Shown here: piece by piece, positions 41,042 to 55,682 of the stretch
Position numbering within the stretch: position 1 is the first letter of the stretch
Layout: every line of letters starts with the position of its first letter
NCBI GenBank assembly: GCA_964016885.1
Contig: OZ024740.1
Location: forward strand, 82,894,001-82,958,000
DNA: 64,000 nt
Direction of reading: 5' to 3'
Source: Eledone cirrhosa
Lineage: Eukaryota
Notes under the pieces: model-generated
The model's database searches: none
Seen by the model: the letters and a program-made list of their open reading frames with translations, nothing else
What the model was told of the DNA's origin: nothing
Translations under genes and position numbers: made by a program

Positions 41042-44000
41042 TATAGTTGCATTTATCTTGCTTTATGTTCATACGAGTTATCACCAACTCACAACCAGTG
41101 ACCTCAACGACAACAAGGTCCGCCATGTTCGAGAAAGAACATACATACACACACATGCATATTTAGGTGTTTATACTTGTGATGTACTTATATTGACAGA
41201 ATCTTCCTTAGTATATGGGCAGTTCCCATTAGTACTATCTTTTGTATTTCTTCTATACGCGGGCTTCCTGGGATTTGCGATAAGTAATCATTAGACCCCT
41301 TAGGTATCATTCCTAGAGGGCCTACAACCACTGGTATTGTTTTAGTTCTCAATCTCCACATTTTTCCAATTTCCATCTCCAGGTCCTTATACTTGCTCAA
41401 TTTTTCAAATGTTTTTATAGATAAATTCTTGTCTATTGGAACGGAGATATCAATTAGCAGGCATACCCTCTTTTTACAGTCCTTCAGTATTATATCAAGT
41501 CTATTTGCATCTATTTTTCGGTCTGTTTGGATGCTAAAGTTCCACAAGGTTGAGATGTGATATTTTTCAGGTATGGGAGGGGGTTGATGCTCCCACCAAT
41601 TCTTTTGATGGGGCAGGTCAACATGCTTACACATTATCCAATGTATTTATTGTGCAGCTCTGTCATGCCTGTTTAGGTATTGGGTTGGAGCTATGGGACT
41701 GCACATTGAAATTATATGATCAATGGACTCTGGTTGTTCTTTACAGACACGGAACAATGGGTTGCATCCATTTATTATTATGTTGGCTTGGTAATTTTTT
41801 TTTGGCAGACACTGATCTTGTGCTGATATAATCAGTCCTTCAGTCTCGGATTTCAGTCCAGAGGATGCCAACCACTGATGGGTTAAAGTGTTGTCAACAT
41901 CAGGATTGTTAGCTCTTTCTGGGTATTTCCCATACAGAGGCTTTTCATGCCATTTCATAGCCAGTTTCTGTAGCAGTTCTTTCTTTGCAGTTACTTTTAC
42001 CTGCTTTGCTTTTTCTGTGTTTTCCATTTCAGCAGTAAATGGGACTTCTGAAATTTGTAGTTCATTACTGTATCTTTGTGCATCTTTTGTAATGGAATAT
42101 GATCTTTTGATGCTTTCCTGTTTCAAAACGAGTTTGATCATCTAATCATGTGATTCTCTTAGATATGTAGATAATCCAATTGTTGCAGTTTTCAATGCAA
42201 TATCTAACTGGATTAACCCACGTCCTCCTTCTTTCCTAGTGAGATATATTATATTTGTATCTGCCTTAGGGTGATGCATTCTGTGCATAGTTAAGAATTT
42301 TCTAATATTTGTATAAAGCCTACGGATGACATTGTAACTGTATGTTACTACTGGTATGGCAAGCGTGTTTATGGCATCGATCCTATTCCTTGCATTCAAT
42401 TCCTTTCTTAAGATTGCTCTTACTCTTCGGTAACATTCCTTCCTTATGCTTCCCCTCATTGTCGAGTGCTTTATTCCGTCTCCTTCACAAACACCTAGAT
42501 ATTTGTAAGTTTCCTCTTGATTAAGTTCTCTTATCACATTCCCCCGATAAAGATTAATGTCTGAACTTTTCAGCAGCTTTCCTCTGGTGAACGTTGTTTT
42601 ATCTAGTCCAAACTCCATTTTAATGTAATCACTGAACTGCTCCACAGTGGATAATAGTCCTTGCAATCGCTCATCATTTTTTTGCAAATAGTTTCAGGAC
42701 ATCATTGTAGAACTAGTGGTTAATGGTTTTGTCATAGACTTTATATCCATGTTTTGTTTCATTGAGCATTTTACTTAATGGTATAAGTGCGATGCAGAAT
42801 AAAAGCGGTGATAAAGAGTCACCTTGAAAAATTCCACAATTAATATTAACTTTTCCAGCTTCCAGTGATTTTGTTTCACTATTCAAAAGGAGTGTCGTTT
42901 TCCATGTTTTCATACTGAATGACAAGAAACTCGTGACAACGGGAGATATTTTGAAAATCTCTAAACATTTTTCAATCCAACTGTGTGGCAAACTATCGAA
43001 TGCTTTTTTATAATCTATCCAAGCAATTGATAGATTTTTATGTCTATTATGACAATCTTCCAGTATCATTTTGTTAAGCAAAAGCTGATCCTTACTGCCA
43101 TATGAGCCTCGTTTACACCCTTTCTGCTCATTGAGAAATAGGTCATTTGTTATCAGGTGATCATATGTATATTCAGTTAGGACTGATGTTAAAATTTTAT
43201 ACATTGTGGTTAAGCAAGATATCGGTCTGTAATTTTTGGGATTGTTTGTTTCATCATTCTTCGGAAGCAGGAATGTAATGCTGTTAACTAGCCATGGTGG
43301 TATCTTTTTTGGCTCCTTAACTTTTTCATTGTAATGTTGGGCTAACAGCACATGGGACCCTGTGAAGGCATTCATCCAAAACTGTGGTATTTTGTCTTTT
43401 CCTGGGGATTTCCATTTGCTGGTTTTTCTAAGAGCCAAACGCAACTGTTAAACTGTTATATTTTCCCATATTTGTTCCTCAAGGTGAGCTGTATCTTTCA
43501 TTTGTCTGTCTATCCATGGGGCATGTATATTATGAACTTTTGCTTCGGCCATGTTCTTTTCCCAGAATTCTTATACTTCCTCCTTGGGTGGTATTGATTT
43601 AGCAGTTATTTTTCACTTGCCAATTTTTCTGTAGAAGTTTCATCGGTTGTTTTTGAACATATTATTTTCCTTATAGAATCTAGATCATTTTTCAAAGCGC
43701 CTTATTCGAGCAGCTTTGGCCTACACTTATTGCTTGATTATTTCTATCAGCATGTCTATGTCACTCGTTGATTTTATACTGTATTTTCTTTTCAATTTTT
43801 AAGTTTAGTGTGTTTAACATGTTCACCTACTTTGTAGTTTGTTAACATTCCTATGTCAGATCGGAGAAGGTTTATTTGGGGAGTGATGTTCGCTTGCCAA
43901 GTAGAGTTCATGTGGGAATTCCTTTGTTTTTTTAATTTTCACTCCCCATAAGTGAGTGGTGACTTTAGCCGATGCATAATAGAGATGATTTAAATCAGTA

Positions 44001-44980
44001 ATGTTTAGTTTGTTTGTGATGATTAATTTTTGAGAATTATGTTAATCTTGTGTATTATCTTTTGGTTCTGTTTGGAGTTCTGGATCTTAGGGAGAGTGTC
44101 TTGTTCCCCCATGTCAGATTCTTTCATTTTCATCCATTCGATCATAATTTCATCCTTCAAGTTGGCAAGTTCATTCTCATTCATTTCTTTATCATTTACG
44201 ATCACATTGTTTTCATTTTGAGTTTCATCTTGAGCATGAACTCCCTCTACTTTTTCGATACTTTCTTTAATTTGTTGTGTTTTCCGTGATTCCGCTCCAA
44301 CCATGGGATTCGAAGTGTTACAATTTACCTCGTTTTCACTGACACATTTTTCATTTTCCCTTCGCTGACTTTGTGCTAATAGCTTGATCAGATCAATTTC
44401 TATATCAGTTAGTAACTTTTTTTTAACAATATTTCTTCGCATATTGGCTAGTTTGTTACTGTCAATATAGCCTCTGTGTTCGGGATGTTTCTTTTTCCAG
44501 TTGATATATGTTTGTTCTGTATTCGATCTATTTGATAGGTAGTACATGGCTGTGTAGAAGGCTTCAAGGACTTCTTTATTATGTTTCCTTGACCATTTTT
44601 CTCTCTTTTTCTTTGGATTTCTTGGTGGTGAGCATGGATGGCCAACAGTAAGAGTATTCCGGTTATGGGAGGTCACCAGCTCCGAGGTGATGGGAATGTT
44701 TTAACCATTAGCTGATTTTTCGACCCCAATCTGGTTCCTCTCTGAGGGACGCGGCCCTTTTTGACCCGGGTGACGGCCGATCCGGTATGAGATATTATCA
44801 TTTGACATTTACTTTATTTTGTCGCGTTTTATCCTTATCCGCCAAGGGATAATCATTTCGTGTTACCACTTCTAGGACGAGTGTCAACCAAGACTAGAGG
44901 GGTCGTCCTCCCCTAGAGATACGGCTATTCCCCTTCGGCCGCCATCCCAGTATTTCTTGGTCACGGGGTTTTCTTTTTTG
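41042..44980 (-). mobile_element. R4/Dong-clade LINE, family B, full length and decayed
   Basis: ORF fragments from 44676 to 41188 cover the N-terminus, RT (WIDYKKAFDSLPH, GIFQGDSLSPLLF), the zinc finger and RLE (LLIDISVP..EKLSKYKDL). The 3' UTR ends in (AAT)n. Confidence 0.95.
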
Positions 44981-47200
44981 TTGTTTTTTAAATTGTTATT
45001 ATTATGAGTCGTTCCTTAATGTGAGCATTGCGTGGCTTAAGAATGAAATTATTATTAATAATATAATATACCTTTTGTTGAAGTTGCCTGTTATTGTTGC
45101 TGCTCGGTGGTGGTGCTGGGGATTTCTCTATTGTTGGTGAGGAAAGTGGGGAGTCAGCAGTGCCATAGTCCTTGGCATTTGACCGAGTCACTAAGTCAAT
45201 CTATATATATCTTTTTCTCGCCTCTCCCTTGTCTAGTGATACCGCCACCTTCCGCTTTCTTAAGTTAACAGAAGGTAATGGGGGAATAGTGGTGGTAGCA
45301 ATGAAGGATTATTGGCGGCGGTGATGGGATAGTGGTAGCAATGATGGATGGAGTGGTGGCGGCGGTAACTATAGTGATGGCATTGTCGTTACAGAGTTTT
45401 GTTGAATAGACTATTATTATTATTATTATTATTATAAATGGTGGTTTTCCCCGGAAATATAATTACTAAATGACTCTGCTACAGCCTTTTGTTCTCAACA
45501 GAATGGAGATAAACAGTATATTCCTGCCAAATAAGTTAGTCTTTTGTAGGAGAGAAATTAGGTGATTCTAAGACAGATCGCTTCAATTATTGTGATATTG
45601 CTCCGATGGCTACTGGCATTATCTTGATGGTGTTATGTGGTATTAATCGCATTTGTGTGATTTCGATCAATTCAGTATTTTTTCTAACAATGTGGTCTCC
45701 TGGGTTGGTAAAACGAATAACTTGACACACACGGCTATTGTTGTGTATAGATATGCCAGTTTTATAGTGCTCAAGACTCCGTTTTGGTTTAAATGACCCA
45801 AATTGTCTCTGACATCAAGGAAACCTTCTGGGACATGCTGGCACCATTTATCGGATAACTGCTAGACTGCAGAATCTCGTCTCTTATCAACGTCTTTAGT
45901 TAGCCATAATTATTCTTCTTAGGTTATTGTTGAAGTATTGCGTTATTGTTTATCAAGTTGTAATTGATTGATCACCTCTCATTCGTGATTCGTCCCTCTT
46001 CCTCCAATAGACAACATTTTCGTTCAAACATATGCTGTGCTCCTGTTTGAATGCTGAAATAAACGGAGGTGTCAGACCTCAGGTTTTTTAGTAACATGTG
46101 ATGTTATACCTACCAATACACTATGAGGAATATTGCATCTACCCTATCATGCTGTCACATGTATGCAGTCAGTGCCAAATATGTTCATCAAAATAATTTT
46201 ATCACCATTATATAATTAATCTCTGCAGAACATTCATAGTCTAATATTCATATGTATTTGCAAAGTATTAATATTAAAATTCAAATTCCGTAATATTAAA
46301 ATCAGATAACTCATGAATTAATACTATAACAAATTTGTACACGGGCGTTTCATATACAAATAATAAAAAAAAAAAAATACAATTTCAGAATTACTCAATC
46401 ATTACATAATATTACCTTCATACATATATTTATGAAAATACCACCACTTCTCATTTTGGAGCACATGCATAACAATGCAAACGAAATGAAAGGGAAATAC
46501 GAATGTACTTTCATTTAACGAGATTGAATCTGTTTAAAACAGATATGATTAGACATTTGATGTGCCCCACTGAGGCTTCAAATATATGATTCATATATAT
46601 CCATAAATAAAATATAAAAAATATAGTGGTACCTCATGTTAATATTTTGCAGTTGCAGAATCGATTAATTGCCTAAAAAAAGCATTGCGGTATTTGGCTG
46701 TTTAACTTTCACTTATACGATCTACTATATTTCAGAATATACGGGTTAGTGATATACAGGAGATCAATTAAAGTTAAATATACATTTCATATGATAATGC
46801 AATTAAACGGTGACTGCATTACTACTTAATTAGAATATAAATGCATTTGCTATTCTTTGATAGATTGATGTATAGCAGAGATCTAATGTGAAAGTTACAG
46901 GTTACATGATGAAATAAATATATCGTAATTTGTGGCCTCCGTATCAGGTTAAATGCAGTGTGTAGAATGATGTGAATAACTACATGATTCTTGAAACAAG
47001 CTTTAACATTCGAACAGTTTTATACAGGGTGTCATATTTATATCTATTCTCATTAAACATATTAATATAACATTGAATATATATCTCATGAACGAATGAA
47101 AGATTTATCGGTTGTGTGTAAACTGCATTTAAAGAAACGACATATCAAATGATAGAACTCAACCATATTATCAATAGATAAACGTATTAATCTCAAATTA

Positions 47201-47309
<109 letters not shown>

Positions 47310-48278
47310 GAATTCACAAGAATCAAAGCTATGTTCAAAATATTTATTCACTTACAATTGTTTCTTCCAAACCTAGGCTTGGCGTCTTCGGACCAATTTT
47401 TAATGTTTGTACATACAATTGACTTCCTACTCAACGCAAGAGAAATCCAGATACATATATATCTATATTGATGTAAAGTGTGGAGCGACATATATTATAC
47501 TATACTATATTTGTATAATAACTCAAATTAAAATCAAAATTAAAATACATGTGACTGATAACACAGATAATGCAGGAGAATAGTTCAATAATGAGATCTA
47601 GTAGATAGTGTATGCGTTAGTCATACATGGAGCATGCAAATGTGTCTCATTTATATAAGAAGAGTGTCTCATTTATATAAATGTGGCAAGGTATTACATG
47701 TAATACAAGCACTTTAAGCGAAAACGAATACATAGTAATATATGTGATGAATGTGAAAACTATAACCCCCTTTTTTCTGGATGTGATAATGGTGGTGGAT
47801 GTGAAAACTATAACTTTCTTTTTCTGCACACATACTAATTTGATCTATACAAAAAATACCCCCCCCCCCCCACTGCAACCACCATAATACTCTTGCTTAC
47901 CCGCTTAAAGTGCTTGTATTACAAAACTCTTATATAAATGAGACACATTTGCATGCTCCATGTATGACTAACGCATACACTGCTGCTAGATCGGATTATT
48001 GAACTATTCTCCTGCATTATCTGTATTATCAGTCGCATGTATTTTAATTGTGATTTTAATTTGAGTTACTATACAAATAAAGTATAGTATAATATATGTC
48101 GCTCCACACTTTACATCAATATATATATATATATGTATCTGTATATCTCTTGCGTTGAGTAGGAGGTCAATTGTATGTACAAACATTAAAAATTGCACCG
48201 AAGACTCCAAGCCTAGGTTTGGAAGAAACAATTGTAAGTGAATAAATGTTTTGAACATAGCTTGATTCTTGTGAATTC
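47310..48278. mobile_element. Large foldback element (~400-bp arms, ~180-bp spacer) with a hammerhead-like motif in each arm
   Basis: 47310-47721 is the reverse complement of 47902-48278 (one indel). Begins at (TA)n(GA)n. Confidence 0.92.
48181..48251 (+). ncRNA. Type-I hammerhead-like motif with CCGAAGA core (mirror copy ~47337-47408 on minus)
   Basis: aaacatt-aaaaa-ttgca CCGAAGA ctccaagc-ctag-gtttggaa GAAA c-aatt-g TA agtgaataaatgttt. GUA triplet, palindromic helix III, internal loop in helix I. Confidence 0.65.
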
Positions 48279-49619
48279 TATATAACTGCTCTGTTGAACA
48301 ACTGAACTATTTATCTTACTGGTAATAAGGTAGTAATAAATTACTGACCTTCCATGTTTATAGTTTAAAATATACATAACTATAAATAGTATCCTTAATA
48401 TTATATATATATATGGATTTTCTCAGATATTGCACCCAGAGCCTTGTGAGATAACACACAATCATCATATGGAATGACATTTAATACGCAGGATACGAAA
48501 TATACAGTGAATGGTTTCGATAAATTATTTCGAGAGTCGGTCTACTGAGATCAAATACTACTTTTGCTTTTTATTTTCTCGAAGTTGAGAAATAAACTTA
48601 AGTATTGGGTGTTTAATGTTGCCTTATCAACTCAATGCTAAATTTGGAGCGTGTTCGTCTCCTATGAGATACGAGCCCATATGCCCACGTACTGTATTAA
48701 CCATGATAAGAACTTGTATTATTCGATCATAAAATATATCTTTTTACATATACATATTTACAAGTTGATTATTTAGATGTTTAAATAAATTTGCGTTTTA
48801 GTTAGGATATTTCTCCCTCAATATATTAGTATTTCTTATCCTAGATGTTTGATTATTTATGCTGAAGGAATATAATGAAGTTATCCAGTCCAATACTAAA
48901 TTAATGTATGTTAAAAATGTTCTGATTAACATATTATAACATACAAGACTTATATTAAAACCATGAATCACCAATTAGCAAGATATACCTTTTGAAATTG
49001 TTGTGTTAATTTTCCATTAAGAAATTAGAGGTTGTGTTTAATTCTATGTGACAACTAGAATTGAATTCAGGAAAGGATTTCATATATTTCGTGCTACATT
49101 TTCATTACAGCTAAATATATACACGTAAATACAGATTACATTTTTATATATGCATTACACCACATAAAACAGTACACACACACACACATATATATTTATA
49201 TATATGCGTGTATGTGTGTGTGTATGTGTATGTGAGTGTGGGTGTGTGTTTATGAGGGTGCGTGTGAGAGTGTGTGTGTTTGTGTTTGTGTGTAGATATA
49301 GTCAGCTCAGGTTACTGAGTACTACCTGTTTCCTTGTGATTAAACCGGCTCCACCACATACCTTTGCAGTACGAAAATAAGAAGGGTCAAATGGTAGATA
49401 AAATCTTCGGCAACGGCGGTCGTCTAACCTGCAATTGGCAAGCCTGGTGTAGTTAAACTCCATGATAATATCACAGGATGCTCGTAACTGTCCTGTTATC
49501 TCGTTGTAGATTGTCAAACATAGCTGCGGGGATGTAATGTTTGCTATTTGCATAACACAAGCACCTAACTCTGCAGATATTTCTTTCTTATTCCTCCTCC
49601 AAGATTTGTGCATCTGGCG

Positions 49620-50830
49620 GTCTTGACCAAAAGAGACACTGAACCTTTTAACAAATACGACATTTGAGTTCCCGAGAACACTGTTGCCCGGTGGCGAGAG
49701 GTAAGCCTACATACTATTCCTTGTTAATTGCCGCTCCTGTAAACTGTGTCTATTCTCTGAAAAGTGTGAATATGAATATAATGTGTTTGGTGTTAGTCAC
49801 TCCTCTTCCTGTTCCACACGCTTCAGTGACGCTTACTATACTCTCAGGATTAAGAATTCTCAAGCTTCGGCTTTTTCTAAATGGTCTAGTAAAATATGTG
49901 GGTGTCATAGCTCCCATCTTTCGTTCGTGAGCTGAAATATGGAGCAGGGATACCTTCTTATGGAGCTCATAGAACTGTGTTTAGATGTGGTAGCCTTTAG
50001 CGACACAATTATTTCTGTGATGACTACACTAGCTCTGACCCTATACGACTACAAATCCCCTGTTTCTTGGGTTTGGTACCTTAGTGGGGTTTATCCTGTT
50101 TTCCCCGGAAGGCATTGATGTAGAGGTAAAATAGCTTTACTTGGCCCTTAATGGTTGGTCGATTGATGTGCAATTGAGTGGCAGTGAAGGCCATTAGGAT
50201 GATTTCGTATTGTGAGAGTTCACTCCACGAAAGGAGCTGGAATTTGTCAAACAGCACTGACGGGGTAGATCATATACAAACGTATGTGGAGCTTCTGAGC
50301 TTTATAAATGATTTAGCTACAAAAACGGAAAATATGCACGAACTAGTTAGTCGTTTAGAAGAAATCTACACACGTTGCAACATAGTGGACGTACCTGTGC
50401 CTATAATGGCATTTGACCATTTCAACGACACGAAACTCTAAAGAAGAGTTATCCGTCCTAATGAGCGTGCACTAAAAGATGTTCATTGCACACGGGTTTT
50501 GGAAGCACAATATGGCAACAAAACTAAAACCCTATCTCTGACGAAACTCAGAGGGATCATACTATCTATCTAATCCAAGTGGCAGCGGTGTGTTAAAGAT
50601 GAATCACGTGGCATTTGATGCCGATACGCTATAAGTTCTACTTCCGCATGCTTGACAGATATCTGCTACAGATGGCAGCAGATCTGGAATCTCAGCATTA
50701 ATTTAAGCCACGGAATGTTGACACTAACAAGAAAGGTAAGAAAAAAGACGAGGGTGTGTTAAAACTTCGGGCCTGATTCTCGGCTGAACATTTGACGCAG
50801 GAGTTAGCGAAGTGTTTGAAGCTAGTGATT
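49620..50830 (+). mobile_element. Very decayed L1/Tx1-like endonuclease/RT region
   Basis: TTAGATGTGGTAGCCTTTAGCGACAC (LDVVAFSDT) and GAACTAGTTAGTCG resemble the element at 63.0-64.0 kb. Confidence 0.45.
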
Positions 50831-51034
50831 GGTAGCGTATTTGGAGAAGCATAAATATGAGCAATCCCTAATAGATCTATTCATGGCAACCTCCCCCTCA
50901 TGATATATGTCGGAGGTGCACATGTCATTGCCGGTGTCTGACTTACTTAGATCAGTTCAAAGTGTTTCATAGGGTGGACTATCACTACCTGCAGCCAGTC
51001 CTAGGAGCATATATTTTCCACTCTTTTCTGAACC

Positions 51035-51465
51035 TGGGCGGTGGATCGGCAGTATACGTAGAGTGTCAGACACCTTGCTGTTCAGCATAGAGATACGTCC
51101 CTTTACGTCCTGAGTATAAATCCCGTCGAGGTTAGCTTTTCATTTCATCCCTACGGGGTCGAAAATATAAAACACCAGTAATGCACTGGGGGTGATTTAA
51201 TCGACTTTCCCCTCCCCCCAAATTACTGGCCTTGTGCCTATAGTAGAAATCATTATTAGAAACATTTATGATTATATTATTAGCACTATCGGTAGAGGGT
51301 CGGACGCCATGCTTTGACGCACAGAGTTACGGCCCTTGTCATTCTGAATTCAAATCCCGCCGATGTTTACTTTGCCTTTCATCCTTACGGGGTCGATAAA
51401 ATAAAGTACCAGCAATGAGCTGGGTAATTGCTGGCCTTGTGCCAAAACGTAGAAACAATTATTAT
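51035..51465 (+). mobile_element. Two tandem Nin/Deu-domain SINEs (51035-51255, 51280-51465)
   Basis: Same family motifs and (ATT)n tails. Confidence 0.9.
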
Positions 51466-52199
51466 TTTAATAATGTTGTTTTTGTTGCTGTCATCATAGT
51501 TGTCTTTGTGTTTATTAATTTGTTGCAGTTTAATTGTTGTTGCTACTGTTCCTTTTTTTTTAATTCTTAATATTAGCATTTGAAATATGTGATTTCGTAC
51601 TGCTCGCATTCATTGAACACTTTTTTTATGATTCGCTTCTTCAAATTTGAATTATATTTCGTGTCGAATTGTTGTGTTTATCTCAATGTTTTTCTTGTTT
51701 GTCAAAACATCCTGTTTGAATATCCTTCTGTTATCTTGACATTCAAGATAATATATCATTTAGTAAACAACATTCCAAAATATCTGTCATTTCTGCACAT
51801 CGAACAGAGAATATGTAAAAGAATATAATAGGAAAAATAAAATGCAGAAGTTAGGAATCTTGCGAGTGACAAAATATAACATTTCAGTGTATCAATATGC
51901 CAGGGGTTACTATTATCCTAATCATTAGTATTAGATCACCCCAGCTGTGACAGTAACACTGATGTTGCTCTAAACATTATCAGAATTATAAAATATTGAT
52001 AACATCCATGTCATAATTTCCTTCAATATACAGTAGGTATCTTTGTATGATCATGTACCTCATGAGGACGTCGTAGGGCCGCCGTGTTGAAATATGGCAT
52101 TTCTAGTAAGTTTTATATAACCTGGCGGAGCACATCTCCTTTCCAGAATACCGGATATTTCCTTCAGAGTAGTTTAGAGTGAAAGTGAAAGAATGGTGA

Positions 52200-52303
52200 T
52201 GAGAGAGAGGTAGAGAAAGAATAAACCCCGGTACTTGAGTGGTACTTTTTACCAATCTTGTATGGAGGGAAGACAAAGTTGATCTCGCCGACATTTGAAA
52301 TCA
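52200..52303 (-). mobile_element. Old diverged SINE fragment of the same superfamily
   Basis: Minus strand: TCTGATTTCAAATGTCGGCGAGATCAACTTTGTCTTCCCTCC..AAAAAGTACC. Confidence 0.6.
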
Positions 52304-52840
52304 GAAAGCAGAGAGCAGCTCCAACAACCTACCTTCCGGACCGAAGAGGATCGTTCGTACCTCGAGATCCAGGCCTTATTTATATAGCATTGCTGCCCCG
52401 CCTCATATTCTAGGCCAACTAAGAGATGTGTAGGTCTCAAATTATCAAGATTTCGGGTAAAGCGCGTGTCTCGGATATCTTTACATAGCTAGTGACATGA
52501 AGTCGTTGACCAAGTGAACCATTTTTCAGGACGACCCCAGGGAACGTATATTTACAAACTTAAAATGCCATATCGGACGGTTATTTACGCTTCAGCTGCT
52601 GTTGGAGATCGAATAGTTCGATCACCACACCTGGTTGTGGTTCCACTGGGAAACAAAGGAAAGGAAGAGAAGAAACGAAAAGGAAGAAAGAAAAGCAAGA
52701 AGAAAGTAAGATGTCGTGTTAAAATAATGTAAGCTATATGATATTAAAACTGGTGTAGCGATGCTATACAATATATTAAGTGATGCATTTGAAGGATCAG
52801 TCATCATTATTGAATTAATCTGTGAGGGCGGTGAATAAAA

Positions 52841-53030
52841 GGGCGGTGAATTGGCAGTATCGGTAGAGGGTTGGACGCCATGCTTTGGCGCATAGAATTA
52901 CTGCCCTTGCCATTCTGAGTTCAAATCCCGCCGAGGTTAACTTTGCCTTTCATCTTTACGGGGTCGATAAAATAATGTACCAGTAATGTACTGGATAATT
53001 GCTGGCCTTGTGCCAAAAGTAGAAACAATT
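52841..53030 (+). mobile_element. Full-length Nin/Deu-domain SINE with 19-bp TSD
   Basis: Exact TSD ATTATTGAATTAATCTGTG at 52806-52824 and 53028-53046. The 5' end GGGCGGTGAAT is duplicated. Confidence 0.95.
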
Positions 53031-55682
53031 ATTGAATTAATCTGTGTATGAGCTGATCTAGTTATGCATTGCTTTAGAGGTATTTCATTTCAATTTGTTC
53101 TGGCGTTGAATATTTTTCCATGTGGTGGTGTGTGTAACATATGTCCTTCCTCTGACTTGAATGTAGTTATTGCATATTTCTACATTATTTATGTCGTTCC
53201 TGTTATTTGAATTTTTTCCTTGCGTGATGAACTTGGTTCAGTCAGAAACTACCTTTGTATTTCCGATTGTATTCCCTATTCTCTCAGAGGTTTCGTTTCT
53301 TCGTAATGCATAACTCATGATGAGCAATCGATATTATTACACCATGAAAAGGGCATGCTACGAATAACTGATTTCTGTTTCTTGTTCTAGCTTTATATGC
53401 ATTATATTTTTGTATATTCCTTTTTGACCTAGGAGGTTACTTCCATTTATTAACCTAAATCAGTATGTAAATACTGTTAGACATACTAGCTCCGAAGAAT
53501 TGTCCGTATCATTAGAACGTCGTATACAATTGTTTCGGGTTTCTCTGGTCTGAATTCAAATTGGCTGAGAGCATGTAATTATCATTATAATTGTCATTAT
53601 CACACCCCCTTTTATGAAAAGAAATCAAATTTTGATATATATCTATCTATCTATATATATCTATATATCTATATATAGGAACAAGTAAGACCCCGACGGC
53701 TGAGCTCAAGCCGTTTCGACGGTTAATATATATATATATATACATATATATAATGTATACATGTTATGTATTTGTGTAAATGTGTGTTTGTGTGTAGATG
53801 TAGGTGTGTGTATTCCAATCGATGTTTGTAAACGTGCATTCATATTTTTGCTTCTAAATCTACTTTGTATAAATTACGGATTTTTAATCTTTTAGAATGG
53901 ATTATCTTGAGTCGCGAACATTTAAATTCGCCTAGACATTTTGTATCTGTATTAATAGGGTAGAAAATATTAATGCTTCTTATTATAAAATCACACTCGT
54001 TACGATTATCTAAATTCTAATATTGGATATTTTACGCGATTTGAAATCGACCGCGATTAATTGTATTATATGATTATCCCCAGTTCCTTCTTGATTAATA
54101 AATACATATGCCCGTTTTCAATGATGCAAAGTAACCTGGTCTATATGCATGGGTCGACATATAACTTCAGAGATGTTGTACTTTGATGTACCAAGCTATT
54201 ACAATTCTCATCGATACAGCGAATGATACAGCTGATGGAATATCGTAGTTTGATTGCAATATCGTAGGCAACACACGATTAACACGGTGGAAACTGTATT
54301 ATTAATATATTGTAACCCATTTTTTCTAATATATTTCACTGATAAATGAAAATATATCACCCTTGCACTAACATTCTATTCCTTCAGTTGCTAAAGTATT
54401 CGTGTCTTAAATATCGACTGACACCTTTGTAAATTAATTATTAATTAGAGTAACAATAGTCGTTCTTTGAGTGCAATTATCTGACCGCTCTGTGCAACCT
54501 TTATATAACACCTGATATTAGGAAAATCAATTTAAGTTAAACCGTAACGCGGCTTCTTTCACTGTTATTTCTAAAAGTGAATAATGTGTATATCATCTCC
54601 TAGAATATTCTCAGAATTCCGCTAGATCGCGTTGTACCGATGCCAATTAACACGCTTAAATATGAAATATTGGGATATGAGTTTACCTCTTGTTTTAGAA
54701 ATAGGTATATTTTTCTTTAAAAGTATTCTCGTTTGCAAATTAATTCGAAGCTTAATATTTATTTCTAAATAGAGCAAATATGATTTTAAATGTTTGCTGA
54801 AATATGTGGCATTAACACCATTGTAATCTATTGAGAGATTGTACCCAACATAATATTTGGCAAAATAGGAAGATGTAGGTGGTGGTTTCATTATATCTGA
54901 TCGCTATCGGGGCATATCATTATTTCATTCATTTAGCATTTTTCTAAATGTTGCAATTTATGTTACACGAACATTTCTTTTCTTATGTATTGCATATCAA
55001 CTTGAGATATCTATTTGGGGCTATATATTACCTTACATTATAATTTCTACTTCTTTTAAAATCATTGTTTTTTGCACGACTCTACTATATATATATTTCC
55101 AATTTAGTTGCTCATCATCCTGTTAACAGAAACTAATGTCATAAAAATGCCCTATGGAGAATAAATTCTAAAAATATTGCAGATAAAATATGATCGTAAA
55201 ACATCAGTACTGAAGTAACAGCTATCCTGTTACATCATGACAACTATATTTGGAAATGTGTAATTGTATAACAACAGTTTTATTTAATGATCGTTGCTGC
55301 GAAATATTTTATAGGTTCTAAAGAAAAAATGAGGAACTAATTGAAATCTCTTGTATCACGATTTTCTGGCATGTAGTTTGTAATCACAATACGAAATTAA
55401 GAAATTAAATAAATATAATCGCACTTACAATTTATACAATACCATTTAGATAGAGATAGGTACAAATATATATTTTCATCCACTATATATTCTTAATCAT
55501 TGGTCTCCTGATAATGTTTTCAAGGTACTGCTATAAATATCCAAACAAACCGCTTTATAATACAGATATAATGTTTAATGTAGCATAAATGAAAATAGTT
55601 ATTGTTTCTCCTAATATATTTATTTCATTGTTCTCTTATTTCGTTTTTCTATTTCAAAAGTATTCATTATTATTATTTTAAC

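Noticed and set aside
44690-44790. HDV-like ribozyme suggested by GCTAAT (J4/2-like)
   Set aside because: The motif falls in the start of the Dong ORF (EKLANS/EKSANG) and I could not build P1/P3/P1.1.
45430-46040. Further PLE remnants here and at ~22.5-23.5, 26.3-26.9 and 53.05-53.6 kb
   Set aside because: Only isolated, ambiguous peptide hints. Needs TBLASTN against PLE proteins.
52841-52935. Functional tRNA gene
   Set aside because: A/B boxes belong to the SINE head. No cloverleaf, and it is followed by the SINE core, tail and TSD.
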